DNA of 64,000 nt from the NCBI GenBank assembly GCA_963677925.2, contig CAXXYH010000004.1:896001-960000 (forward strand), given 5' to 3'. The translations under genes and the position numbers were made by a program. This stretch comes from Spirochaetia bacterium (GTDB taxonomy: Bacteria; Spirochaetota; Spirochaetia; UBA9216). The notes beneath the pieces are model-generated. The model was not told where the DNA came from, made no database searches, and saw nothing but the letters and a program-made list of their open reading frames with translations. Below are positions 20,664-31,681 of the stretch, in pieces (the stretch's first letter is position 1; each line of letters begins with the position of its first letter).

Positions 20664-21976
20664 AATCGATCGACATTCTTCTGCATTCCTTCAAAAATGC
20701 TCCGGCTTATATTTTCCGGAAATTCAGGAGGCAGATTTTTTGATGTTTCGTTAATTACATCCGGGACTTTGTTTATAATATCATCAATTAGTTTCTCGGC
20801 TGAATGAACCGCGAAACCGGTGAGCTTTGCCGTCTCAATCCAGTGGCGCCTGAATATTTTATTCCAGTGATATTTCTTACCCTTGCCGCCATGCACAGCC
20901 ATAGCCATCCTGATTTTCCCGGGATGAATCTTACCCCTGCTGTTGCCAATTGCCGGATAAACTGAGATAACATCGTAGAAAGGTGTAAGGCTGAACCGTC
21001 CCTGCGGATGTATGAAAATACTGAAATTCTTTGCATGTCCATCAGGAGCAGCAAGAAGCCAGTATAAAATCTGAGCTTTAAAGAACTGTTCCCGATCTTC
21101 AGCCGGATTTAATGAACCATTCAGGATTGAAAGTATTTCTTTGATACCCGGCCCACCATCGCTTTCATACTTATAACCTCCGGAGGTTCCTGTAGCCTGG
21201 CACATATCCTCCTGCGGGAGCCTCAGCAGTACGGTTTTGTCACTATTAAACTTGCGATCAAACCTTTTTATGCTTAGCACCTTTTCGGTACCAAAATTTA
21301 GAATACTGCAATCGGGTAGACGTAAGCCGAAATCTTTCAGGATCCTAATGCACAGCCATTCATTCTCAACTGAATCTGAAAGATCAATATTATCCTGGCC
21401 GATAATGCCGAGAGGCAGCTTGAAGATATGGGTAGTTGGAGTTGTTCCCTCAGGAAGCATCCATTGTCCATTATGAAAGAGAAATGCTGTTTTTTCCTGC
21501 GCTCCGGCCAGTGAAATCCTGAAAAACTGCTCATTGGTATTCTGATACGCTGATATTGCGCGGGATTTTAAAATACTTTCTATGTCTTTATCTGATAGAA
21601 TCTTTCCTTTTATCATTCCGGGGTTAACAGGTGGCTTGTCTGCAGGGGAGAGCTGTATGGCTCCTATACAGTCTTTTCCAACTTTTTCAAGAATGCCAAA
21701 TCCGTCAGTTGTTCTTAACCCCAGCCTGATCTGCATACGTTTCCGTATTTCCAGCGAGTCGGGAAGCAGATTGTCAAAAAACGATTCGACAATCGGACCC
21801 TTAAACTCATAGTCTGATACGGTGAGTGGAAGGGAGAGTGACAGAGGTCTTGAATTAGCTGACAGGAGCCAAGAATCAGAATAACTGAATTTACTCACAG
21901 GAGAGGTTGTCCATGTGCCGACTATTTCGTTATTCATATAGACATGAAGGCTCTGCTGCTGTTTATTTTTTCCCAT
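20654..21976 (-). CDS. hipA: HipA-family kinase toxin
   Basis: PLSLSLP, FDNLLPD, ISLAGAQEK, DGHAKNFS, PFYD. Confidence 0.93.
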   Translation of the reverse strand: MGKNKQQQSLHVYMNNEIVGTWTTSPVSKFSYSDSWLLSANSRPLSLSLPLTVSDYEFKGPIVESFFDNLLPDSLEIRKRMQIRLGLRTTDGFGILEKVGKDCIGAIQLSPADKPPVNPGMIKGKILSDKDIESILKSRAISAYQNTNEQFFRISLAGAQEKTAFLFHNGQWMLPEGTTPTTHIFKLPLGIIGQDNIDLSDSVENEWLCIRILKDFGLRLPDCSILNFGTEKVLSIKRFDRKFNSDKTVLLRLPQEDMCQATGTSGGYKYESDGGPGIKEILSILNGSLNPAEDREQFFKAQILYWLLAAPDGHAKNFSIFIHPQGRFSLTPFYDVISVYPAIGNSRGKIHPGKIRMAMAVHGGKGKKYHWNKIFRRHWIETAKLTGFAVHSAEKLIDDIINKVPDVINETSKNLPPEFPENISRSIFEGMQKNVDRLKK

Positions 21977-21978
21977 TC

Positions 21979-22227
21979 CTACCAATCCCCGCCATCTTGA
22001 GACTCGCCTGGTTTCTGTTTCTCTATGATATGTAGTTCCAAGTCCAGAGCCGAAAGCAGTTTAAACAGGCTGTCCAGTGTGCACCTGTCGGGATTATTCT
22101 CAAGCAGTGACACTGTTTTCGGGAGCAGGCCTGTTTTATCTGCGGCCTCTGCCTGCGTCAGTTTTCTGCTTTTCCGGAAACTTTTGAGAATTACTGCAAG
22201 CTGATTTGGTCCCTGTATAAAGCTCAT
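21979..22227 (-). CDS. hipB: HipB-like Xre HTH antitoxin
   Basis: RKSRKLTQAEAA...TVSLLEN HTH directly upstream of hipA. Confidence 0.85.
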   Translation of the reverse strand: MSFIQGPNQLAVILKSFRKSRKLTQAEAADKTGLLPKTVSLLENNPDRCTLDSLFKLLSALDLELHIIEKQKPGESQDGGDW

Positions 22228-22299
22228 TATACCCTCCAGGGTTTATTTTGTAATTATACCCCAAAAGGTATAAATTGTAAATATACCTTTTAGGGTATA
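22228..22299. promoter_or_regulatory. Three HipB-type operators TATACC-N6-GGTATA
   Basis: Copies at 22228, 22255 and 22282 (27-bp period) upstream of hipB; the first has one mismatch. Confidence 0.8.
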
Positions 22300-22407
22300 A
22301 AGAAGATGTGGATGACTCTTCCTTAAATCTCTGATATGCACCTCTACATATGCCATGTTTGAGGTTGTCTTCTTGCTTTTAGCATAAAATACGTGCAATA
22401 TGTGTGA

Positions 22408-22884
22408 ATGAAAAAACTTAGAAACCCTTTTATAGGACATAAAGATTATAACTGCTTCGGCTGTGCTCCGGATAACGAGCACGGCCTGCGTATGGAATTC
22501 TGGGAGGACGGTGAAGAGATCGTCTGCCTCTGGGATGCCCCTGATTACTTTCAGGGGTATAATTACATCCTGCATGGCGGGGTGAGGGCCGCGCTGATAG
22601 ATGAGCTTGCGGCCTGGGTGGTCTTTGTAAAACTGAAGACTGCAGGCTATACGACCAGGCTTGATGTAAACTACAACGGAGGAGCTTATACCAACCGCGG
22701 CAAGGTTACCCTGCGCGGCCGTTTGATCGAAATGAAGAAGAATATCGCTGTGGTTACAGTTGATCTCTACAACGAGAAAGACGAGGTTGTAACAAGCGGA
22801 ACAGCAGAGTATTTTACGATTCCTGAAAAGATAGCCATGAAAAAGATGATGTATCCGGGGATTGAAGCCTTTTACGGCGAGTGA
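22408..22884 (+). CDS. PaaI-family hotdog thioesterase
   Basis: CFGCAPDN, ILHGGVRAALIDE. Confidence 0.85.
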   Translation: MKKLRNPFIGHKDYNCFGCAPDNEHGLRMEFWEDGEEIVCLWDAPDYFQGYNYILHGGVRAALIDELAAWVVFVKLKTAGYTTRLDVNYNGGAYTNRGKVTLRGRLIEMKKNIAVVTVDLYNEKDEVVTSGTAEYFTIPEKIAMKKMMYPGIEAFYGE

Positions 22885-22899
22885 TGCAGAAGCCTGTCA

Positions 22900-23925
22900 T
22901 TAAATTGACAGGCTTTCGATTATTTTGCATATCGGACCAATATCTTCCCTTTCCACGGCAAGGCTGGTAACCATCCGGACAGCGTGGAAGCCGGCCGCGC
23001 TGCATAGGACTCCCTGCTTTTTAAGGGCGTCTACGGCCTCTGAGGCGCTGCAGCCTTTAGTTTCAAAGAAAATTATATTAGTCTCCACCTTTGCCGGATC
23101 TATTGAAGCCCAGGATGTTTCTGCAAGCGCTGCTGCTATTTCCTTTGCGGCGGCGTGATCATCGGCAATCCTTTCGACGTGATTATCAAGTGAATAGAGG
23201 CCTGCCGCTGCCAGTATACCGGCCTGCCGCATCCCCCCGCCTAACATCTTCCTTACTCTTCTGGCTTCTGCTATGAATCTGGTGCTACCGCAGAGAAGGC
23301 TCCCGACGGGGGCTCCGAGGCCCTTTGAGATACAGAATGTGACAGTGTCGGCATAGGATGAAATCTGCTTTACGCTTATGCCGCTTGCTTCGGCTGCGTT
23401 GAAGATGCGGGCGCCGTCGATGTGGACCGGAAGGCTGTGCTCTTTTGCGAGTTCGGAGACGGCCTTGAGTTCGGCTTCGGAGTAGCAGGTGCCGCCTTCC
23501 TTGTTATGGGTGTTTTCGAGTTCGATCAGTCCGGAGACGGGCATATAGTAGATATCGTCGCGGATGAGCGGCTTGATTGCTTCGGGTGTGAGGATTCCGC
23601 GTTCCCCGTCGAGTCCGATTACCGAAGAGCCGGCAATTGAGGCTGCCGAGGAGAGTTCGTAATGGATGATGTGGCTGTTTTTATGGGTTAGGACTTCCCG
23701 GCCCTTGCCGGCCTGGACGTAGATTGCTATAAGGTTGCCCATTGAGCCTGATGGAACGAAGATTGCCGCCTGTTTGCCGGTGATTTCAGCGGCGCGGTCC
23801 TGCAGGAGGTTGATGGTGGCGTCTTCGCCGTATACGTCGTCGCCGACTTCAGCCTTTGACATTGCCTCGCGCATGGCAGGGGTCGGTTTTGTTACTGTGT
23901 CTGATCTGAGATCGTATATTTTCAT
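22900..23925 (-). CDS. ltaE: Low-specificity L-threonine aldolase
   Basis: DLRSDTVT, GDDVYGED, HIDGARIFNA, SKGLGAPVG, GGGMRQAG. Confidence 0.95.
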   Translation of the reverse strand: MKIYDLRSDTVTKPTPAMREAMSKAEVGDDVYGEDATINLLQDRAAEITGKQAAIFVPSGSMGNLIAIYVQAGKGREVLTHKNSHIIHYELSSAASIAGSSVIGLDGERGILTPEAIKPLIRDDIYYMPVSGLIELENTHNKEGGTCYSEAELKAVSELAKEHSLPVHIDGARIFNAAEASGISVKQISSYADTVTFCISKGLGAPVGSLLCGSTRFIAEARRVRKMLGGGMRQAGILAAAGLYSLDNHVERIADDHAAAKEIAAALAETSWASIDPAKVETNIIFFETKGCSASEAVDALKKQGVLCSAAGFHAVRMVTSLAVEREDIGPICKIIESLSI

Positions 23926-23939
23926 CTCTGTCTCCTGTA

Positions 23940-25268
23940 TTAATTTTTAATCAGCTGATTCAGCTGGTCGAAGAATCCGGGGTAGGTGATGGCTACGGCC
24001 TCTTTATCGGTGATCGTGGTTGTCCCTTCTGCCTTGAGCCCGGCGATTGCGAGCGACATCACTATGCGGTGGTCTCCGTGACCTTCAACTTTACAGCCTT
24101 TCAGAGTACTGCCGCCTTTAATTATGAGTCCGTCATCGAGTTCGCTTATCTCCGCGCCGAGTTTTGAAAGTTCGGCTGCCATCACGGCGATACGGTCTGT
24201 TTCCTTGATTCGGGCCTGGGCGACGTTTACAAGCTTTGTTTCGCCTTCGGCAAAGCAGGCTGTGACCGCCATTGCCGGGAGTGCGTCGGGAGTAGCGTTT
24301 ATATCAAGCTCAGCGGCCCTGAGAGTTTTTTCCGGGTTGTCGGAATGTCCGGGGCCGATGACAGTGATTTCTGTTCCGTCATGGACGATTTTGCAGCCCA
24401 TCTGTTCGAGGTAGCCGAGTACTGCCTTGTCTCCCTGGGAATCGTTTATATCAAGCCCTGTGAAGATCAGTTTTGAGCCGGTAATAGCTGCGGCGCAGAA
24501 AAAGAAGGTTGCCGAGCTGAAGTCTCCGGGGATGGGGCGGCTGAAGGCTTTGTAGCTCTGGCCGCCTGATATTTCGAAGGATTTAAAGTCATTATTTTTG
24601 TAGCTGATGCCCTGCTCATCAAGCCATCGCAGGGTCATTTCAACATAGGGCTGCTCCATTAGAAGCGGGACATTTATTATGCTTTCTGCACCGGTTGCTG
24701 CTGTGGCGAGCGGGGTAGCAAGCAGAAGCGCGGACAGGTACTGGCTTGTGGGGCACTCGATTGATGTTGTGCCGCCTGTGAGCGGGCCGGTTATTGTGAA
24801 GGGAGCGCATCCGCCGGTTCCCTCGCGTTTAACATCTGTGCCGAGGTCTTCAAGGCTTTTGAGCAGGTTATCGGCTGAGCGGCGCTGAATCTGCTCATCG
24901 CCTGTGAACTGTACGGCTGTTTTTGCAAGCGCCGCCATTCCGGCTGCGAGGTAGAGTGTTGTACCTGAGTTGCCCACATCGATTGCCGGCATTCTGTCGG
25001 GGAAGCGGCCTCTGTTTCCGGTTACCTTCCATACGGCAGTGCCGTCTGCGGCGGTACCTTCGGTATCTATCAAAGCACCGAAAGCGCGGCAGGCCTCAAT
25101 GCATGAGCGGGCGTCGGCTGAATCGAGCGGGTTGGTAAGGCTGCTTTCGCCGTCGGCGAATGATGCAATAAGAAGCGCCCTGATGGTATGTGATTTTGAG
25201 GACGGAACCTGGACCTTTGTGTTTTCATCCAGTTTTTTCCGGCCTATAGAGTTAATTGTTGCGTCCAT
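23940..25268 (-). CDS. aroA: EPSP synthase
   Basis: SKSHTIRAL, GNSGTT, SQYLSALL, RIKETDRI, DHRIVM. Confidence 0.95.
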   Translation of the reverse strand: MDATINSIGRKKLDENTKVQVPSSKSHTIRALLIASFADGESSLTNPLDSADARSCIEACRAFGALIDTEGTAADGTAVWKVTGNRGRFPDRMPAIDVGNSGTTLYLAAGMAALAKTAVQFTGDEQIQRRSADNLLKSLEDLGTDVKREGTGGCAPFTITGPLTGGTTSIECPTSQYLSALLLATPLATAATGAESIINVPLLMEQPYVEMTLRWLDEQGISYKNNDFKSFEISGGQSYKAFSRPIPGDFSSATFFFCAAAITGSKLIFTGLDINDSQGDKAVLGYLEQMGCKIVHDGTEITVIGPGHSDNPEKTLRAAELDINATPDALPAMAVTACFAEGETKLVNVAQARIKETDRIAVMAAELSKLGAEISELDDGLIIKGGSTLKGCKVEGHGDHRIVMSLAIAGLKAEGTTTITDKEAVAITYPGFFDQLNQLIKN

Positions 25269-25295
25269 ACCTGATTATACAGTAGAATCACTGTT

Positions 25296-26669
25296 ATGTC
25301 TTATTCATTGCTAGCTGATTTGGATTCTAAAATCAGCGGCGATATCAGAAAAAAGCTTCTCCTGATTAATTATCAGCGCCTCGCTGTCGCCATGCCTGTA
25401 TTCAGTCTGTCGCTGCTGCTTTTGATTTTATTGAACGGGCAGACTATGATATGGGGTTATAAAACCGGTGATTTTGTCGGTTTCAATCTTCCTATACTGA
25501 TAGTTCAGCTGTTTTTTATGGCTTGGTATTATCTTTACCGGCCTAAAACAGAAGCAGATATAAAACCTTATCATCAATTATATATTTATCTTCATTATGC
25601 TGTTTTTATTGTATGGGCTGCAATAACATCTGCCAGTGAGTACGAAGTTTCAGGAGACTACATTGTATTCATGTTTGCTGTGCTGATTGGAGCCGGTGTG
25701 AATACTCTGAGATCCGTATATACAGTAATAATGGGAATTTTCGGAGTTGCGTTGATGCATCTCTATAATCTTCCGCTTTTACTGCAGATGCAGTTTGTTG
25801 ATGCGCTGATAATATCGCTGATTATTGTGATAGCCTTTTTCTTCTGCAGGATGAATAATAAAACGCTCATAAAACTGTTCCTTCAGGATATCGAACTCGA
25901 GCAGAGAGTTGAAGATCGTACAAAAGAGCTTGAGATGCAGACCAGCAACGCTAAGAAATCAGAGAACCTGAAAAGTATTTTTCTGGCCAATATGTCGCAT
26001 GAGATTCGAACCCCGCTCAACGGAATTATCGGCTTCTCAAGGCTTCTAAAGGATTTCAGGGACGGTGAGGAACAGCGGGAACAGTACATAGAAATTATCA
26101 ATACAAGTGCTAAAAATCTGCTTAATATTCTGAATGATATAATCGAGGTCTCAAGAATTGAAGCCGGTGAATGCGATCTTCTTCTTGAGAATATTGACCT
26201 TAATGCCGTGATTGATGAAACGGTAAGCGGATTCCTTGGTTACGATGCAGTAGTGGCTGGTTCAATCAGTCTGGAGGTCGATGGCTGTGCCGGCTCTAAT
26301 CCTTTGATGATTGTCAGTGACCGGATAAAGATCATTCAGATACTCAACAACCTCATAAGCAACGCTATCAAGTATTCCCGGGACGGCCGTATTCATGTCC
26401 GCTGCGGGATCAATCCCGCCGGAGAACTTCTGCTTGAGGTTGAAGATTCCGGAATCGGAATACGTGAGGAAGACGCAGCTCTGATCTTTGAGCGCTTCAG
26501 GCAGGCCGGCGGATGCATTTACGGGGTGCGTGAAGGTGTAGGGCTGGGACTTACCATCGTAAAAGGATATACTGATATGCTCGGGGGACGGGTTGAACTT
26601 GAGTCTGAATACGGCAGAGGTTCAATTTTCCGGATAGTCCTTACCGGAAACCTGCATAGCAGAATCTAA
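25296..26669 (+). CDS. Membrane sensor histidine kinase, no adjacent regulator
   Basis: Multi-TM N-terminus; FLANMSHEIRTPLNG; NLISNAIKY; DSGIG; GLGL. Confidence 0.92.
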   Translation: MSYSLLADLDSKISGDIRKKLLLINYQRLAVAMPVFSLSLLLLILLNGQTMIWGYKTGDFVGFNLPILIVQLFFMAWYYLYRPKTEADIKPYHQLYIYLHYAVFIVWAAITSASEYEVSGDYIVFMFAVLIGAGVNTLRSVYTVIMGIFGVALMHLYNLPLLLQMQFVDALIISLIIVIAFFFCRMNNKTLIKLFLQDIELEQRVEDRTKELEMQTSNAKKSENLKSIFLANMSHEIRTPLNGIIGFSRLLKDFRDGEEQREQYIEIINTSAKNLLNILNDIIEVSRIEAGECDLLLENIDLNAVIDETVSGFLGYDAVVAGSISLEVDGCAGSNPLMIVSDRIKIIQILNNLISNAIKYSRDGRIHVRCGINPAGELLLEVEDSGIGIREEDAALIFERFRQAGGCIYGVREGVGLGLTIVKGYTDMLGGRVELESEYGRGSIFRIVLTGNLHSRI

Positions 26670-26683
26670 AGGCGGCTGATCAC

Positions 26684-27573
26684 TTGAATCACAACAGTAA
26701 AAAAATCCTCGCACCGGCATTTATGATACTGTCGGCTTTTTCCTTTGCCTGTATGGGCGGGGTAATAAAATACGCCGAAAGTGTTCCCTACATTGAGAAA
26801 GTTTTTTTCCGTAACCTGATAATGTTTTTCCTGATTTCTGCAATGCTTATCCCTGATCTGCGAAAAGGCGGATTCAGGATTCTCGCAGGAAAGCCTCAGA
26901 ACCGGGTAAAGCTGCTGGCTGTGCGGTCGCTCTTCGGCTTTACAGGAGTTTTGTTTTACTTTTATTCGGTAGAGAGGCTTGTGCTTGCCGATTCCTCCCT
27001 GCTTAACAGCTTTCATCAATACTTGTGATTATTTTCGCGGCTTGTTTTTTTAAAGCAGAAGCTTAGGCGCTACAGTGTTCCGGCGCTTATAGCCGCCTTT
27101 GTCGGGATGATTCTTATAATAAAGCCTGGCTTCAATATGCAGCTGCTGCCTGCCGTTGCCGGTCCTTATCGGAGCGGTAACATCTGCGGCCGCCTACACG
27201 ATAATTGCCTCGCTGCGCGGCAGCGAGAACTCGCTGGTGATTATTTTCTGGTTTCCGGGTATCTCAATTATCCTTTTACTCTTTCCCTTTCTAAGGGTCT
27301 GGACCGAACCTTCAGCGGCCGAGCTTGCAGCTCTTGTTGCCACCGGTCTTTTCTCTGCCGGAGGACAGTTCTTTCTTACCCTTGCATACTCTTACGGTTC
27401 GGCCTCCGAAGTAGCTATTTACAACTACACTCATGTTGTCTTCTCCGCACTGATAGCAGTTGTTCTTTGGCGCGGAGATTCCTGATGCCTTTTCCATCGG
27501 AGGCGCAGTTCTGATTATCGGTGCAGCACTGTTTCTGTATTTCCGTGGAAAAAAAGCATCGGCTCACCTTTAA
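26684..27573 (+). pseudogene. DMT/EamA transporter, frameshifted (probably sequencing errors)
   Basis: Fragments in successive frames: VFFRN, RSLFGFTG, LIIKPG, GQFFLTLAY..ASEVAIYNY. Confidence 0.7.
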
Positions 27574-27660
27574 TTCTGAATAAAATCTGAAACAGGTGTG
27601 TACTATTAGGTAACAGTCTTATATCAAAAATATTGTTAGATATTCGGAGGTTTACCATTT

Positions 27661-27966
27661 ATGAAAAAAACAATCATTGTTCTGTTGATTATTTCTGCAG
27701 TCATACTTATGACTATTACTTCCTGCGCTGCCGGCCCTAATGAGTTTAAGGGTCTGGAGGATGTTGAAGGGGATGTCGCCGGTTTCTTTATGGGGCTGTG
27801 GCATGGCTTTATAGCCCTGTTCACTTTTATAATTTCACTGTTTTCGGACAAGGTTAATGTCTACGAGATTCATAACAACGGCGGATGTACAACTTCGGTT
27901 TTATCCCTCGGAGTTTCTGCATTCTTCGGAGGCGGAGGCAAGGGGTCAAGGCCGGGGCAGCCGTAA
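27661..27966 (+). CDS. Small membrane lipoprotein, 3' end frameshifted
   Basis: Lipobox ITS-C; AGFFMGLWHG...VYEIHNNG, then YNFGF continues in another frame. Confidence 0.6.
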   Translation: MKKTIIVLLIISAVILMTITSCAAGPNEFKGLEDVEGDVAGFFMGLWHGFIALFTFIISLFSDKVNVYEIHNNGGCTTSVLSLGVSAFFGGGGKGSRPGQP

Positions 27967-28065
27967 GTGGAAGGAACGCTGCAGGGACTGATTTAACAAT
28001 ATGTGGAAAACATGTGGAAACTTGTGATAAAAATCTGTGGATAGAAAGTGCATATGTATTAAAAT

Positions 28066-28095
28066 ACCGGGGTGTTTCTCCCCGGTTTTTTTTTT
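28066..28095 (+). terminator. Intrinsic terminator, possibly bidirectional
   Basis: ACCGGGG-loop-CCCCGGT followed by a long T-run. Confidence 0.7.
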
Positions 28096-28113
28096 GAGTC
28101 TGATAAAATCAGC

Positions 28114-29287
28114 TTATTCTGATAGATAAGTATCTCTGTAGCTCTTTACTTCACCAAACACTTTCAGCGCTGAGCATTGCATGTACAATTGCTCTTGTGA
28201 GTGTGTCAGCAGCAGCAGCTCCGATCTTGTTTCTATATTTGCGGGCATATATCCCCATGTTGCTTCCTGCTGAAGCACTTCAGGAGAGAGTTCGCCTGTT
28301 CCCAGAACAAAGATGGTGTCGCCGTCGAACATTGTATGAGAAGTGTCTGATGGCTCTTGCCATTCCGTCGTGTGCCATTTTCGGCAATTTTTTTTAGCCT
28401 GAGGCCCTTTGTGAGTTTTTACATTGGTGGCTATTACAGGCTATGGGTTGTATTCTTAACAGGCTCGCTGTCTGTATCAACATTTGCTGACGCAAAGCGC
28501 ATCAGGATCTGAGTAGATAGCAAAACTCATCGCCTATTTCCAGATATGCTCCGTAAAGCTCTCCGGTCTTAGGATTAACTGTGCTTCCTCCGGCATTTAC
28601 GGCAACTATTGCTCCGACAATTACACCGTTTCCAATATCCAATACTTGCAGTTCCAAGACCGCCCTTTATTCCTGCTGCAATTGCACCTGCAACCTGCTC
28701 CTACATTACCCATCTGGACGGGTCCTGAAGAAAGGTTCTCTGCTGCTTTTCGGCCGAATTCAGCAGTAGGATGTTCAGTGAATTCACGTCCGAATCTGCC
28801 CGGATCAAAAAAGTACTGCAGCCGGTACGATAGGAAACTACTCCTGCTCCTGCGGGCCAGCCTATGCCCTTTTCTTCAAGCCATCGCATAAGACCGTCTG
28901 CCGGGGCAAGGCCGTAGCGCGCTTCCGCCTGAAAGAACAACGGCATTAACCCTGTCGACAAGGTTAATAGGATCAAGAAGGTCTGTTTCCCTTGTTCCGG
29001 GGGCGGAGCCTCTAACGTCAACACCGCCTACTTGCTCCGTTTGTTGCAAAAATAACGGGTTGTACCATGGTAGTTTTTCCCTGGTAGGTTTCCCGACTTC
29101 AATTCCGGGGACATCGGTAATTGAGTTGTTGGGACCTGTTGTGTATTCAGAATCTGAGGCTTTTTTGCTCAATCACTGGTTCTGAATCGGCTTTCTTCTG
29201 ACTGTCTTCTGAAGCGCCTGAGGGCTACTGAGAGAGACAGCACAAGGAAGAACGATAAAAGTGCTTAAAACAAATTTTTTTAAACAT
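28114..29287 (-). pseudogene. P1/DmpA (S58) family peptidase, multiply frameshifted
   Basis: NSITDVPGIEVG, GGVDVRGSAPGTRETDLL and FDGDTIF in different frames; RBS AAGGAG before ATG 29287. Confidence 0.8.
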
Positions 29288-29705
29288 TTTTTGCTCCTTT
29301 TTTAGAATTTTATTAATATAAGAATAAATGCTATTCAAACCTGAGTCAATCTTTTGTTAAAAAAATACATAGAAAATATTAAGTAATATTGAATTTTTTA
29401 ATATTATAAATAATAAAAAAAAACCGGGGAGTTGGCTCCCCCGGTCGTTATGAACAAGTATTTCAATTTCTGAGCGACGAAATACAATATTCCTGTAATA
29501 AAAGTTTGGTAAAACAATAAATAAATATCTGTTGAATTATTGTAAAAAAAACTTAAATTACAGCAAAAACTATATGTAAAACAAATATTAATCAACAGTC
29601 AGATGTTCATTTTTGTATTTAATAAAGATTAAAAAATAATATTTTCAGGAATCCTTCCTGTAATCCGTGTTATTTTTTAATATCATTTAATTCAGGAGTA
29701 ATAAA

Positions 29706-30516
29706 ATGCAGAGTCATGAAATTGATTATGAAATAATGGGTGATGATATCCAGATTATTGAAGTAGAACTCGATCCGGGCGAGGTGTGTAATTGCCGAGG
29801 CCGGCGCTATGAATTATATGGAAGACGGAATAACCTTCGAAGCAAAGGATGGGCGACGGAACTGAAACCGATAATTCTGTTATGGGTAAGCTTCTCGGCG
29901 CAGGTAAGCGTGTGCTTACAGGCGAATCCATCTTTATGACCCACTTTAAAAACAGCGGAATATCCGGAAAGAAGAGAGTTGCCTTTTCCGCTCCTTATCC
30001 GGGGAAGATTCTGCCGATAAATCTGGATAAACTCGGCGGCGATCTTCTCTGCCCAGAAGGATGCCTTTCTCTGTGCCGCCCCTCGGTACTCAGGTGAGTA
30101 TAGCTTTCAACAAGCGGCTTGGTACCCGGTTTTTTTCGGAGTGTGAGGGCTTCATCCTCCAGCGGCTGCGCGGCGACGGAATGGCCTTTGTCCATGCCGG
30201 AGGAACGGTTGTTAAAAAAGTGCTGCGCAATGAAAACCCTGCGCATCGATACCGGCTGTATTGTCGCCTTTACTCCAGGGCCTGGACTACAACATCGAGC
30301 AGTCCGGCGGGTCTGAAGTCGATGTTTTTCGGCGGTGAGGGCCTGTTTCTTGCAACCTTAAGCGGCACGGGTACCGTACTTCTGCAGTCAATGCCCTTTG
30401 CCCCGCCTTGCAGACCGAATCCTGCGCCAGGCTGGCACCGCGAACACGGGCGGCAGGCGGCAGGGCGAGGGCAGTAATTCTCGGCGCACTGGGGGAACAT
30501 GCTTGACGGGGATTGA
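29706..30516 (+). pseudogene. TIGR00266/AIM24 family protein, frameshifted
   Basis: [59 protein letters not shown] across frames. Confidence 0.85.
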
Positions 30517-30527
30517 TGGAGCATTAA

Positions 30528-31283
30528 ATGCAGAGCATTAGATGTTCCCACTGCGGGGCTGATATCAGCGGCAGATATTTCTCCGATTACTGGGGGCAAC
30601 TTATACTGCGCCGCGCACTACCGGAATGTCCCGCAGTGCGCCTACTGCGGGCGGCTAATTTCTTCAAAAACTGACTAAAGGCGGCAGGACATATTCGGAC
30701 GGCCGCCGGAATCTGCGGAATCTGTCTGCCGTCTTCGGTAAATGATCCTAAAACGGGGCTTGAGCTGCTTCAGTCTGTACATGATCAGCTTTCCGTCCGA
30801 AGGAATAATTATTAAACCCTTCAAGCCCCCGAGTTCCTTCTCATAAGCCGCTCCAGGGCTGAAGCAGCTTGATAAAAGCAGCGGTGAGAAGCAGGGTTTT
30901 GCCGTTTTCAACCGGAAAATGGTAAACGGCAAAATCAGTGAGTTCAAAAATGCAGATTATATATCCTGCAGGGGCTTCCTGAAATGAGTTTCATATCAAC
31001 CTGCACCCATGAACTGATGCATATCTGGTTTTACAGCCATTAACCTGACAGATATTAAACCGCTGCTTTTGGAAGGCAGCTGCAACATGGCCGCCTACCT
31101 TGTATTAAAAAGGCAGCTTACACCCGAGGCTGAGTTTCTAATAAAGGGGCTGTTTGAAGACAAAGGATAAGATATACGGAACAGGGTGTTTCGGAAGGTT
31201 CAGAAGCTGGCATCACGTCTCGGAACAGCAGGCTGGTTAGAGTACCTTAAAACACATAAAAAGAATTCTAAAAAAGGTTCTAA
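30528..31283 (+). pseudogene. DA1-like protein (LIM-type Zn fingers + HExxH peptidase), frameshifted
   Basis: Hand translation across frames: CSHCG...DYWG..YCAAH...QCAYCGR; HELMH; EGSCN; IYGTG/FRK. Confidence 0.6.
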
Positions 31284-31653
31284 TACCTCACATATACAAC
31301 CGGTTGTCCGTTCTCACCTGAACAAGCATAAGCTGTATATTTTCATCTCTAAGGTTATTTACCCACAATCATCCTGCCTATCATCCCGGCAATCTCTTCC
31401 GGAGTCATAGGGCATGATGCTGCGTTCAGCCGGTTGTTCTGGAAAAAGGACCCGATACGGGCTTTCAGTTCCTTCACGCCCTGTACAAAAAGTCCTCTTC
31501 GGCCAGATCCCTTTTCCGGAAGGGCTCCCTGACGCACAAGCTCCAGTTCTGCAGCCTCGCTTGGTATAAGTCTTTTGTTGATTATATAGTACCTGGATAC
31601 CAACGGCGCCCTCCCGAACACTTATGGATTTTGAAATGAAGTAATAAAGATTC

Positions 31654-31681
31654 CCCCGCAGCCGCGAATCCGGCTGCGGGG
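31654..31681. terminator. GC-rich hairpin after the nucleotidase stop
   Basis: CCCCGCAGCCG-loop-CGGCTGCGGGG. Confidence 0.6.

Noticed and set aside
31290-31640. Minus-strand ORF 31355-31621 and other frames in this gap
   Set aside because: No recognisable family, RBS or N-terminus, and it lies in the error-rich block; left unassigned.
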